From: Nitrosopumilaceae archaeon
GTDB lineage: Archaea > Thermoproteota > Nitrososphaeria > Nitrososphaerales > Nitrosopumilaceae
NCBI GenBank assembly: GCA_005798405.1
Contig: SYJQ01000006.1
Span: forward strand, 43,486-107,485
Direction of reading: 5' to 3'
Length of the DNA: 64,000 bases
A program made the position numbers and the translations under genes. Of the stretch, positions 37,964-47,147 are shown in pieces. Every line of letters begins with the position of its first letter. The first letter of the stretch is position 1. Below the pieces are notes generated by a model. That model did not search any database, had not been told where the DNA came from, and saw only the letters and a list, made by a program, of their open reading frames with translations.

Positions 37964-38032
37964 TTTAACACTCCAATATTCTGTAAGACAAGACTAATCA
38001 ATTCACTCTTTAGATATAAAATCAGTTTTGAT

Positions 38033-38935
38033 TCAGTACAATTCTTTGTACTTTGACCTTAATTCTTCATGAGGTCCTACAATAGAAAAAGCCCTTACAA
38101 CATCCGTTTTACTCACAATTCCTACCAAATTATGATTTGCGTCCACTACTGGAATTCCACCAACTTTATTTTTTATCATTTTATTTGCTGCTATTGCCAA
38201 ATCATCTTCTTCATTAATTGTTAAAAGTTCCTCAGTTAGTAGATCATCAACTGTAAGTTTTTCTCCATCTATTGGAAGTAAATAATCTCTAGATCGTGTA
38301 TTACCTTTAGTAAAATAATCACTATGTGTTAACAAAGTATTTGTGCTAATAAGGCCAACAGGATAACCATTTTCATCCGTTACAACCAACCTTGAAACTT
38401 GATTTTTATTCATTAAACTTAATGCAAATTTAAGAGAATCAGATTTTCTACAAGTAACTACTTTCTTATTCATAAAATTTTTCACTAAGTATTTCCCCCC
38501 AAATACATTAGCGTAAGATTTTGTTAAATCTGTTCTTGAAACAATACCAATTAACTCTCCATTGTCATTGACAAGAATCACAGATCCAATTTTAAAAGTT
38601 TCCATTCTTGCAGCACATTGATCAAAATGATCTTCCGTACCATCAGTTATTGTTAATATGTTTTTTTGCATTACATGTTTGATTGGAATTTCATCTATTG
38701 CGTGTGCAGTTTTATCTTCTCCAAGAAATTTGTTGATATCTCTTTCAGTAACAATTCCAACAGGTATGTTTTTAACAGAAACTACTATGTGTTTAACAAA
38801 ATTTGTTTGCATTTGTAACAATGCCTCAAAAATTGATGATTCTGGATGAATGGTAATAACAGGTGATGAATACTCTCTCATGTTATGTATCTTTTTCATT
38901 TTTTGATTTAAAACAGAACTTTGATTATCAAACAT
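38033..38935 (-). CDS. CBS-domain protein (four CBS repeats)
   Basis: Four repeats of the h-x-x-h-p-V-V-D...G-I-V-S/T-x-x-D pattern (e.g. GIVTERDI, GIVSRTDL, GLISTNTL, GIVSKTDV). Confidence 0.85.
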   Translation of the reverse strand: MFDNQSSVLNQKMKKIHNMREYSSPVITIHPESSIFEALLQMQTNFVKHIVVSVKNIPVGIVTERDINKFLGEDKTAHAIDEIPIKHVMQKNILTITDGTEDHFDQCAARMETFKIGSVILVNDNGELIGIVSRTDLTKSYANVFGGKYLVKNFMNKKVVTCRKSDSLKFALSLMNKNQVSRLVVTDENGYPVGLISTNTLLTHSDYFTKGNTRSRDYLLPIDGEKLTVDDLLTEELLTINEEDDLAIAANKMIKNKVGGIPVVDANHNLVGIVSKTDVVRAFSIVGPHEELRSKYKELY

Positions 38936-38965
38936 GATTTCAACAAAATAAAAAGAAGCTAATAC

Positions 38966-39298
38966 TTAGCAAGTATTAGGAACAACTTCAACTTCTATAT
39001 TACTTCCATTGAACGATGTTGATATAGCCTTAATTCTGCTCTTGTATAGAAAATATTTCTTACCATCATCACTAATAGAACCAGAAATTCCTAGTAATTT
39101 ATTATCGTGTAAAGTTTGCAGTCTTCTGTAAACGGTACTAATCGGAATTTTGGTTTCAGCACTTATTTCCATAGCAGATTTTGGTTTTTCCATCGAGTTT
39201 TCTAAAATAGCTCGACAATATTTATCAGATATAACTTCAAGAATGGCGTCTTTTCTTGAATCATCTTCTATTTTTCTTCCTGAAATTAATGCTTGCAT
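38966..39298 (-). CDS. Winged-helix transcriptional regulator (ArsR/TrmB-like)
   Basis: KYCRAILENSMEKPKSAMEISAETKIPISTVYRRLQTLHDNKLL. Confidence 0.75.
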   Translation of the reverse strand: MQALISGRKIEDDSRKDAILEVISDKYCRAILENSMEKPKSAMEISAETKIPISTVYRRLQTLHDNKLLGISGSISDDGKKYFLYKSRIKAISTSFNGSNIEVEVVPNTC

Positions 39299-39471
39299 AA
39301 CCTAATTACATCAATTTTTGATATAACCAGTAAGAATACAATGCAATGCACTGCACCCATTTTAGGCATAAAATTCATCCAAAACATCATACGAGATTTA
39401 AATTAGACATTTTTACTATTTCAAATCGATCTGTCTTATCTTAATTATAAAATAAAAGAGATAATGCTACA

Positions 39472-40383
39472 ATGATCTCTATAATAGGTAGTGGTAGAGT
39501 TGGTGCAGCAATTGCTTTTCTTTGTATATCTAATGAATTAGATGATGTTCTATTGATAAATCGTACAAAGAGTAAAGCAATTGGCGAAGCTTTAGATATA
39601 TCCAATGCTGTTCCTGAAAATTCAAATGTTTCAATTCATGGAACTGATGATTTTTCTAAAATAAGTGGTTCAGATATTATTGTAATTACTGCAAGTACAG
39701 GAATCTATCTAAAAAACAGAACTGAAATGATGGTTGCTCAAGTTGAGATGATTAAACAAATTGCAAATCAAATAAAAAAATACTGTCCTTCTGCAATCAT
39801 GTTAATAATTTCTAACCCCTTAGACGTTCTTACATTTATTTTTCAAAAGGAAACTCAATTATCAAGAAATAAAGTAATAGGGATTGCATCAAGTTTGGAT
39901 TCAAGTAGATTTAGATATTTGCTTTCAGAAAAATTTCAAATTAAACAATCTAAAATTGTTAATGCACTAGTATTAGGTGAACATGGAGATTCTATGGTGC
40001 CAATATTTTCAAGAGTAAAAATTAATAAAAAAAATGCAATTGAAATAATTAATGAAGCAGAAAAACAAATAATCACAACTGAAATTCAGAATTACTGGAA
40101 ATCTCTAAGAATTTTCAAGAGTAGATCACAATTTGGTATTGCCAAGAATACTTTTGATGTTATTAGATCTATCATTAAAAACGAAGAATTAGTAATACCT
40201 GCATCGATTGTATTAAATGGCGAATATGGCGAAAAAAATATCTCAATGGGAATTCCTGTAAAAATAAATAAAGATGGGGTTAAAGAAATTATAGAAATAA
40301 AATTAAATGAATCTGAGAGTAGATCATTAAAAATATCAGCTCAAACTATACGAGATTATATAAAATCACTAAATAATCAATAG
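39472..40383 (+). CDS. mdh: Malate/L-lactate dehydrogenase family
   Basis: N-terminal Rossmann IIGSGRVGAA, ITAS, ISNPLDV, and the catalytic GEHGDS. Confidence 0.85.
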   Translation: MISIIGSGRVGAAIAFLCISNELDDVLLINRTKSKAIGEALDISNAVPENSNVSIHGTDDFSKISGSDIIVITASTGIYLKNRTEMMVAQVEMIKQIANQIKKYCPSAIMLIISNPLDVLTFIFQKETQLSRNKVIGIASSLDSSRFRYLLSEKFQIKQSKIVNALVLGEHGDSMVPIFSRVKINKKNAIEIINEAEKQIITTEIQNYWKSLRIFKSRSQFGIAKNTFDVIRSIIKNEELVIPASIVLNGEYGEKNISMGIPVKINKDGVKEIIEIKLNESESRSLKISAQTIRDYIKSLNNQ

Positions 40384-40384
40384 A

Positions 40385-41068
40385 TTACTGAACTAAAAAG
40401 TTCAATCCATATCCTACAAAATATGCTACTAAAGATGCAGTACCACCAATAATTAGTGTATAGAATCCTGACTTGATTTTTGATTTTCTAACAATTTTTC
40501 CTTTGATCATACCTACAAGAAAAAATGAAGCCATTACAGATATTGTAGAATAAATAAAAGCTTCTGAATCTGCATGAATTCCCATAAAAATAAAAATCAT
40601 AAATGGAACTAATGGAATTAATCCCACCAAATTAAAACCGATAAAAGTACTGATTGAACTATCTAGCGGCTCTTTTTCATCTTCAATTAATCCCAATTCC
40701 TCTTTCATCATTGTATCTACCCAAACTTTTCGTCTTGATGTAATTATTCGAACTATTTCTTCTAATAATTCATCTTTGAATCCTTTTTTTTTGTAAATCT
40801 CTCTAATCTCATCTTTTTCCTGTTCTGGTAAATTATCAATTTCCCATTCCTCTTGTTTTCTTTTCATTTCAATGAATTGATTTCTAGCCTTTGATGCTTG
40901 ATAATTTGCTGCGGCCATTGAAAATCCATCTGCAAACAAGTTACCAAAACCCAGAATCAAAATAATTCCTGGTGATAGTGAAGCACCAACAACTCCTGCA
41001 ACAATTGCAAAAGTTGTAACTGCACCATCTATAGAACCGTAAATAAAATCATCAAAATGTAGTTTCAT
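40385..41068 (-). CDS. VIT1/CCC1-family iron/manganese transporter
   Basis: GSIDGAVTTFAIVAGVVGA, a central acidic cytosolic helix region, and C-terminal TM helices. Confidence 0.8.
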   Translation of the reverse strand: MKLHFDDFIYGSIDGAVTTFAIVAGVVGASLSPGIILILGFGNLFADGFSMAAANYQASKARNQFIEMKRKQEEWEIDNLPEQEKDEIREIYKKKGFKDELLEEIVRIITSRRKVWVDTMMKEELGLIEDEKEPLDSSISTFIGFNLVGLIPLVPFMIFIFMGIHADSEAFIYSTISVMASFFLVGMIKGKIVRKSKIKSGFYTLIIGGTASLVAYFVGYGLNFLVQ

Positions 41069-41111
41069 GTTTACACTTCATTCTTCGTTTTAACATATTC
41101 TTGAAGTTTGC

Positions 41112-41783
41112 TCAAATTGTAATAGCTTTTGTAATGTCTGTCTTACTAATTATTCCTGTAAGAGAATTATTTCCATCAAGTACTACTAAACCACTAATGT
41201 TATTTTCTATAATTAATTTACATGCATTTTTTAAATCTTCATTAAATTTGATTGAAATAATTCCTTTACTCATAACATCTCGTGCCAATGTAATCCCACC
41301 AAATCCTTTCTCCGAAAGAAATCCTTTTCTTATATTTTCTGATATAGTATATCCTGAATCGTCTTCCTCACTGCCTAATTCAATAGAAATTCTAAATAAA
41401 TCTCTAAATGAAATTATGCCTATCGGTTTTTCATTTTGATCTTTTACAATAATTCTGGATATTTTATTTTCTAACATTTTCCTTACAACTTTGAATAGTG
41501 GTGCTGCAGTATGAGTAAAAATATACTCATGTGTCATAAAATCAACTACTTTATTATTTCCTGAATAATTTTCTAGATAATATTTTATAAGATCAGTTTT
41601 TGTAAATATTCCCTTAAGATTATCTTTTGTGCCTATTGCTAAAGAACTAACTCTTTTTTCAAGCATTATTTTTGCTGAATTTTTAGGAGTCAGAGTCTCT
41701 TCAATAAACACAATTGGTTTCATTATTTTACTAATCATTATATCATCCAATCCTTGTTTAGTTGTCTCAGAAAAAAGAAACAT
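41112..41783 (-). CDS. CBS-domain protein, distal part (three CBS repeats)
   Basis: Three CBS repeats (GIFTKTDL, GIISFRDL, GIISKTDI). The odd number suggests it belongs with the upstream 51-aa CBS ORF. Confidence 0.8.
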   Translation of the reverse strand: MFLFSETTKQGLDDIMISKIMKPIVFIEETLTPKNSAKIMLEKRVSSLAIGTKDNLKGIFTKTDLIKYYLENYSGNNKVVDFMTHEYIFTHTAAPLFKVVRKMLENKISRIIVKDQNEKPIGIISFRDLFRISIELGSEEDDSGYTISENIRKGFLSEKGFGGITLARDVMSKGIISIKFNEDLKNACKLIIENNISGLVVLDGNNSLTGIISKTDITKAITI

Positions 41784-41939
41784 TCAAATATCTTTTTCAG
41801 TTATAATTCCTACAGGTTTTTTATCTTCTACAACAATTAATCTGCTAAGATTATTTTCTAACAGTTTTTTAATTACATCTGATATTGTTGAATTCTTAAG
41901 AATGAAAATTGGCTTGTTACAAATATCAATAACTGACAT
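41784..41939 (-). CDS. 51-aa single-CBS ORF ending in a TGA that is in frame with, and immediately followed by, the ATG of the 223-aa CBS ORF
   Basis: Hand translation: MSVIDICNKPIFILKNSTISDVIKKLLENNLSRLIVVEDKKPVGIITEKDI-TGA-ATG. Frame checked (156 nt). Confidence 0.55.
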   Translation of the reverse strand: MSVIDICNKPIFILKNSTISDVIKKLLENNLSRLIVVEDKKPVGIITEKDI

Positions 41940-42082
41940 TATATAATACAAATGTGATTTCTATAAAAACAGATGATATAATTTTCATTTATGAATATAA
42001 AATAATCAATTTGTCATTTAATAGAGATATCACATGTGGAAATCATACTATTTTTTATATTTGAAGAAAAAGTATTGTTATT

Positions 42083-42505
42083 ATGGCAAAATTTAACAAA
42101 ATCCTTGTTCCATTAGACGGATCTAATAACTCTATTAGAGGATTAGATAGAGCAATTGAAATTGCAAAGGGTGGTGGAGCTGAAATTACAGGATTTTATG
42201 TATTTCATTTGCCACTAGCTGCAGGAATAAAATATACACAAAAAATGAAAGACGATGCACAAACTAAAGCTATCAAAGCAATTGGACCAGCAATGAAGAG
42301 AGCTCAAAAAGCAGGGGCTTCATTCAAGTACAAAACTGGAGGTGGTCACACTGGCTCTGAAATTGTCAAATTTGCAGAAAAAGGAAAGTATGACATGATC
42401 GTAATTGGCGCTAGAGGCGTTGGTGGTGCTAAAGAGGCATTTCTAGGAAGTACATCAAACTATGTGATGCATAAAGCAAAGATTCCTGTTTTAGTGGTCA
42501 AGTAA
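42083..42505 (+). CDS. Universal stress protein (UspA family)
   Basis: ILVPLDGS..., IVIGARGVGG, GSTSNYVMHKAKIPVLVV. Confidence 0.9.
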   Translation: MAKFNKILVPLDGSNNSIRGLDRAIEIAKGGGAEITGFYVFHLPLAAGIKYTQKMKDDAQTKAIKAIGPAMKRAQKAGASFKYKTGGGHTGSEIVKFAEKGKYDMIVIGARGVGGAKEAFLGSTSNYVMHKAKIPVLVVK

Positions 42506-42607
42506 TCAAACTAAAATTTTTCTATTTATTTTTCTTAGAAACTAATTTACATTTTAGATAATCGTATATTTACTACAAATACTAAAAGAAATAAATGATG
42601 TTGTATT

Positions 42608-43078
42608 TTGAATAATAAAACATTTGTAATTATTGGATTAATTGTAGGAGCTGTTGCATTAGCATCAATTATTGTTTTAGTTGGGCAAGGAAATGTAAGA
42701 CAAGCACAAATTTTTTTGCCAGAAAAAGTTGAACAAACAGTTGCCTTTGTAGACATTAATGACAAAGTAAAATTAATAGGCATTTCTGGTACAGCCGAAG
42801 ATAATAACCCTACACTAATCATGAGAACTAGTTATGCCTATATTCTAACTGTTGAAAATCATGGCAATCAACATCATAGATTATACATTGAAGGCTTTGA
42901 TGTACAGACTGATCTTTTAGAACCTGGACAAAAGGACACAATTACAATTTATCCTACTAAGGAAGGAATCTACAACTATTATGATAAAAGACAAATTCTC
43001 ACACAACTGGGCCAATTAAAATCTGTTCAGGTAATACCATCAGATGGTTTTACTGGATTTTTAAAAGATTTGATATAG
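42608..43078 (+). CDS. Membrane-anchored cupredoxin-like domain protein without Cys ligand
   Basis: N-terminal TM helix. LTVENHGNQHHRLYIEG...LEPGQKDTITIYPTKEGIYNYYD resembles a cupredoxin-type fold with D where Cys is expected. TTG start. Tentative. Confidence 0.5.
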   Translation: MNNKTFVIIGLIVGAVALASIIVLVGQGNVRQAQIFLPEKVEQTVAFVDINDKVKLIGISGTAEDNNPTLIMRTSYAYILTVENHGNQHHRLYIEGFDVQTDLLEPGQKDTITIYPTKEGIYNYYDKRQILTQLGQLKSVQVIPSDGFTGFLKDLI

Positions 43079-43165
43079 ACTCAACAATAGGAATCCTTGA
43101 TATTTTATGATGTAATAAACTAAAAGTATAGGAAATATGAAGAGAATAACCAAAAACTGAGAGAA

Positions 43166-44332
43166 ATGGTGGAAAGTAACTATGACATATTGGGAATTAC
43201 TGAAGGTTCAACCGAAAAAGAAATTCGTAATGCATTTAGACGATTAGCACTTCGATATCATTCTGATAAAGGAGGAGAAAATGATCAATTCATTAAAATC
43301 AAACAAGCATACGAAGATCTCAAAATCGGCAAAAAATATCCCGAAACAGATTTAGAAAAAATCAGAAAATCTAGAGTTTATTCAGGCGATTCAGAAGAGA
43401 ACATCCGAAGAAAAAATCGTATTTTGGGTCAAGAGTTATCTAAAGAAATGAAAATAGCTGAAGAATGGGCAGCAGATCTAATTAGAACAAATTCAACTGC
43501 TACTAGACTGTTTGGTTCAAAAACTCTTGGGAAAATTGAACTTGAAAGAAAAGCTAACGGTATACTCTCAATCAAAGGAAATTTTATGGCAGGCAATCTA
43601 ACTTATGATGGTTCTATTATCATACAAGGAAACATTACAAGTCCCTCTTGGACTGAAGAATTTAGAACAACCATTCATCTTACAAAAGGTGATTTCAAAT
43701 TTATTAATCCACTTGAAAATAAATACAAAATTGAAAATGGAGCTAGAATAATTGTAGATAATGGTAATGTTGTTGTTGGAAATATTTTTGGTAGAAAATA
43801 CAAAATTGAAGATCCGGAAGGAAGAGTTGGAATTTATGAAACTCAAGAACAACGAACTCATATATCAGCACCAAAAGGAAAAATTATTGCTGAAAATATT
43901 ATCAATACCGTTTCACTCGACGCTGATTCTATTATGGTTCTTAATTTAGAAGATGATGTTCAAATTAATGCCAGAGAAATATTGTTGTATGGAAGTAAAA
44001 TCACATATGACACTATAATCAAATTAAAAAAAAGTGGTATGATTAGGTTTTTTGAAAATTTCTCAATTCAAAGTCTTAGTAATGATGCAATTATTGAACT
44101 TGAGAATGGTAAAAAAATTAGATTATTTGATATAAAAACCAAAAAAATTAAGGATTTAGCAAACGAGTTTGTACCTAACAAAAATGAATATGATAAAGAT
44201 GCTACGATGGTAGGTAATGGATTTACTATTACATATGAAATGTTAGATAATTTATCAAAGAAGCCTACAAAAAATCAAAATACTGGATGGGCTTCTAAAT
44301 TTAGATTTGCTAGGACTAATTCGAAAAATTAA
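43166..44332 (+). CDS. J-domain protein with non-canonical HSD motif fused to a beta-helix/bactofilin-like repeat region
   Basis: YDILGITEGSTEKEIRNAFRRLALRYHSDKGG...IKQAYEDL is a J domain. Downstream are repetitive G-N/I-rich beta-strand segments (GNFMAGNLTYDGSIIIQGNITS, IIVDNGNVVVGNIFG). Confidence 0.8.
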   Translation: MVESNYDILGITEGSTEKEIRNAFRRLALRYHSDKGGENDQFIKIKQAYEDLKIGKKYPETDLEKIRKSRVYSGDSEENIRRKNRILGQELSKEMKIAEEWAADLIRTNSTATRLFGSKTLGKIELERKANGILSIKGNFMAGNLTYDGSIIIQGNITSPSWTEEFRTTIHLTKGDFKFINPLENKYKIENGARIIVDNGNVVVGNIFGRKYKIEDPEGRVGIYETQEQRTHISAPKGKIIAENIINTVSLDADSIMVLNLEDDVQINAREILLYGSKITYDTIIKLKKSGMIRFFENFSIQSLSNDAIIELENGKKIRLFDIKTKKIKDLANEFVPNKNEYDKDATMVGNGFTITYEMLDNLSKKPTKNQNTGWASKFRFARTNSKN

Positions 44333-44499
44333 CCTGAAATTTGTCACTTATTCAACACAAATTTGCTTTTAAAATGAATAATAGATTAATTCCTTTATTG
44401 AATCTAATTATTCGTATTTTCTTCATCCATAAAATAGGTATTATCACTATGTGAAATACTCGAAGAATTGATATTCATATAAAATCAACAAAAAACTGA

Positions 44500-46266
44500 T
44501 TGCAAATTTCATTTAGTATAGATAAAAAATTGGTACTTTTGGTAATTATAGTATCTACAATTACTCTTCTCATTACAGCATATTTGAGTTTTAACTATGC
44601 TGAGCAAATTCTAATAGAAAAAGCTAATGATCTCTTACTTGGTGAATCAACAGTACGCGGTAATTCCGTAAAACTTCTTTTTGAATCACGTATTGAACAA
44701 AACCAAATTTTAGCAAATGATCCAATGATAAAAATTCTTGTTAAAGAATTATCTCAAACACCTGAAAATGAATTTGATCAAGTCCGAGAAAATAAACGTA
44801 GAGATTTTCTTACTCAAGTTCAAGCATTTCAAACACTAGTTGGATTTTCAATTGGATTGGAAGATGTAAAAATTATTGGAACAAATGGGAAAGTTTTCTT
44901 TTCACTTGGTAAACTAACTGATAATAATTTTATTCATGATCCATTATTTCAAAAAGGATTAAAAAAATCAATAATTGATTTTGAGCCAACTACTACTGGC
45001 AAAAAAATGATTGTAGTTTCTCCAATTTTTGCTCAAGATAGTAAAAAAAATGATGAACCAATAGGAGTACTCATTTCTAGAATAAGGACTGAATCATTAG
45101 ATAACATCTTAATTGACAGAAGTGGTTTAGGGGAAACTGGAGAAGTTTATATCGTAAATGATGGATTTTTGATGTTATCTGAATCTCGATTCATAAACAA
45201 TGCTATATTCAAACAAAAAGTCGATTCAATTCCTGTTCAAAAATGTTTTAGAGAAGGAGAAGACTTTACAGGATTTTATCCTGATTATAGAAAAATTAGC
45301 ATCTATGGTTCTTCATACTGTGCTAGTGATTTAGGATTTGTTTTGCTTGCAGAAATTGATGAAGCAGAAACAGTTAAACCGATTTTGATTCTCCAAAACA
45401 GAATCTTTCAAACAGGCCTAATAATCACAACCGTAATGATAATTGTCGCATTTATAATTGCAAAATCTATGTCACGACCTTTAATAAAATTGAAAAATGC
45501 TGCAAACCAAGTTGCAAATGGAGATTTTCACGTTCGAACTAATATTACAACAAAAGATGAAATCGGTGAATTGTCTTTTGCATTTGATTCTATGACTGAA
45601 AAACTTCAGAAATCATTAATCGAAATTAAAGAAAAAGAAAGTGTCATAAAACAACAGGAAGATATTTTATTACAATTTTCTGATTATAGTGAAAAATATT
45701 GTGTATGTATGGTAGATATTATGAATTCAACAAAAATAACTTCCAAATTATCTGATTCCGAAACCAGTGAATTTTATAAAATTTTTCTTAATTCTATTGC
45801 TGAAACTGTAAGGAATTTTGGCGGTATAGTAGTAAAAAATATTGGAGACGCATTATTATTTTATTTTCCAGTTATACACTTAGAAGAAGAACAAACATTA
45901 AAAAAATGTCTAGATTGTTGCTTGACTTTATGTGAATTACATGACAATATAGTAAAAAAATTAGAAAAACAAAACCTACCTATTTTTGATTACAGAATAA
46001 GTTCAACTTATGGAATTGTTAGAATAGCAAAAACATCCACTTCTTCTGTTAATGATATTTTTGGAAATACCGTAAATCGTTGTGCCAAGATTAATCGAGT
46101 TGCCCCTGCAAATAGATTGATTATTGGTGAAGAATTTTATGATAGTGCCAAAATTTTTGATGATTATGTATTTAAAAAAATAGATAGTGATGTTACATCT
46201 CCCGAATCTGGTTACTCAGGATATCTTGTCTCTAGAAAAAATATTCCTGATAATATTAAAAATTAA
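44500..46266 (+). CDS. Membrane sensor: Cache-like extracytoplasmic domain, HAMP, class III adenylate/guanylate cyclase domain
   Basis: Two TM helices flank a ~270-aa periplasmic-type region. HAMP (PLIKLKNAANQVANGDFHVRTNITTKDEIGELSFAFDSM). Cyclase core (CMVDIMNSTK...VKNIGDALLFYF...GNTVNRCAKI). TTG start. Confidence 0.8.
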   Translation: MQISFSIDKKLVLLVIIVSTITLLITAYLSFNYAEQILIEKANDLLLGESTVRGNSVKLLFESRIEQNQILANDPMIKILVKELSQTPENEFDQVRENKRRDFLTQVQAFQTLVGFSIGLEDVKIIGTNGKVFFSLGKLTDNNFIHDPLFQKGLKKSIIDFEPTTTGKKMIVVSPIFAQDSKKNDEPIGVLISRIRTESLDNILIDRSGLGETGEVYIVNDGFLMLSESRFINNAIFKQKVDSIPVQKCFREGEDFTGFYPDYRKISIYGSSYCASDLGFVLLAEIDEAETVKPILILQNRIFQTGLIITTVMIIVAFIIAKSMSRPLIKLKNAANQVANGDFHVRTNITTKDEIGELSFAFDSMTEKLQKSLIEIKEKESVIKQQEDILLQFSDYSEKYCVCMVDIMNSTKITSKLSDSETSEFYKIFLNSIAETVRNFGGIVVKNIGDALLFYFPVIHLEEEQTLKKCLDCCLTLCELHDNIVKKLEKQNLPIFDYRISSTYGIVRIAKTSTSSVNDIFGNTVNRCAKINRVAPANRLIIGEEFYDSAKIFDDYVFKKIDSDVTSPESGYSGYLVSRKNIPDNIKN

Positions 46267-46280
46267 ATATAATGTGAAAA

Positions 46281-46607
46281 TTAAATTAACTCAGTTGATT
46301 TTTCTTTGGTACTAATATCATATGATTCTTCTACATTTGTAACAAAAATTTTCCCATCTCCCTTTTCCCCTGTATGAGCAGAATTCATTATAGCTGAAAT
46401 AACAGAATTTACCATTGAATCATGAACCACTGCAATTATCACATCTGTGGAATTAAATTCAATTTGATGTCCTCCAATTTCCGGTCGTTCTCCTGCGCCT
46501 TGCCCTAAAGATTGAATTAACGTGACCCCACCAACACCTGCTTTTCTTATTGCATTAACAACTTGCTTTGAAACTTCACTCTGTACTATGGTTTCAATTC
46601 GTTTCAT
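46281..46607 (-). CDS. PII-like signal-transduction protein with atypical T-loop
   Basis: MKRIETIV...GVGGVTLIQSLGQGAG...IIAVV...TGEKGDGKIFV follows the PII fold pattern. The T-loop (GERPEIGGHQIEF) differs from the canonical GlnB/GlnK loop. Confidence 0.75.
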   Translation of the reverse strand: MKRIETIVQSEVSKQVVNAIRKAGVGGVTLIQSLGQGAGERPEIGGHQIEFNSTDVIIAVVHDSMVNSVISAIMNSAHTGEKGDGKIFVTNVEESYDISTKEKSTELI

Positions 46608-46847
46608 GATGATTCTGCCTTACAGCGATTTAAAAAGATACTTTAGATTATCACATAATTTCAGTTAGAAATTGAAAATAGATAACAAAATCTGACACGA
46701 ATTCTAACAACAGAATCTAGAGTTAATTTGTTTGCTAACACTAACTTTTCTGAAAATACTAAATTGATATTTTCATATTAAATATTAGTAAACTTGGCAC
46801 AGTTAGAATCTAAAATAATAAAAAGAAATTAAAAATGATGACCTAAT

Positions 46848-47147
46848 CTAATCGATTAATTCGGTCCAACCTTTGACGAAGACTGAGTTCTTGTAGAGAG
46901 GAACTGGTTGTCCAACTGTAAAGTCCATTGGTCTCATCCAAAAGATTGCCTTTGTTGGGCAAACACCGATGCATGCTCCATCAGAGATACATCTTTCTGG
47001 GTAGAAGACAAATGCTTTACCTCTCTTCCAGCCTTCGACTGGTTTTACTCTAAGTACATCTGGTCCTAATGTTGTACAGATTTCTACACATAGTGCGCAT
47101 CCAATACACATTTGTTCGCTGATGTCTGGAATAATTCCTACTGGCAT
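46848..47147 (-). CDS. 2x[4Fe-4S] ferredoxin-type protein
   Basis: CIGCALCVEIC and CISDGACIGVCP cluster motifs. Confidence 0.85.
   Translation of the reverse strand: MPVGIIPDISEQMCIGCALCVEICTTLGPDVLRVKPVEGWKRGKAFVFYPERCISDGACIGVCPTKAIFWMRPMDFTVGQPVPLYKNSVFVKGWTELID

Noticed and set aside
41784-41786. Selenocysteine or pyrrolysine-style recoding as an explanation for the in-frame TGA in the CBS gene
   Set aside because: The TGA falls in a linker between CBS repeats rather than at a catalytic Cys position. No SECIS-like hairpin is evident downstream. Sec usage is not known for this lineage. An ATG follows immediately, which favours stop-start or pseudogenisation.
46835-46886. C/D-box-sRNA-like string: ATGATGA ... 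TGACGA-AGA-CTGA spanning 52 nt
   Set aside because: The spacing is wrong, with only 3 nt between the C'-like box and the D box and no D' box. Most of it lies inside the ferredoxin CDS on the opposite strand. It is probably chance.
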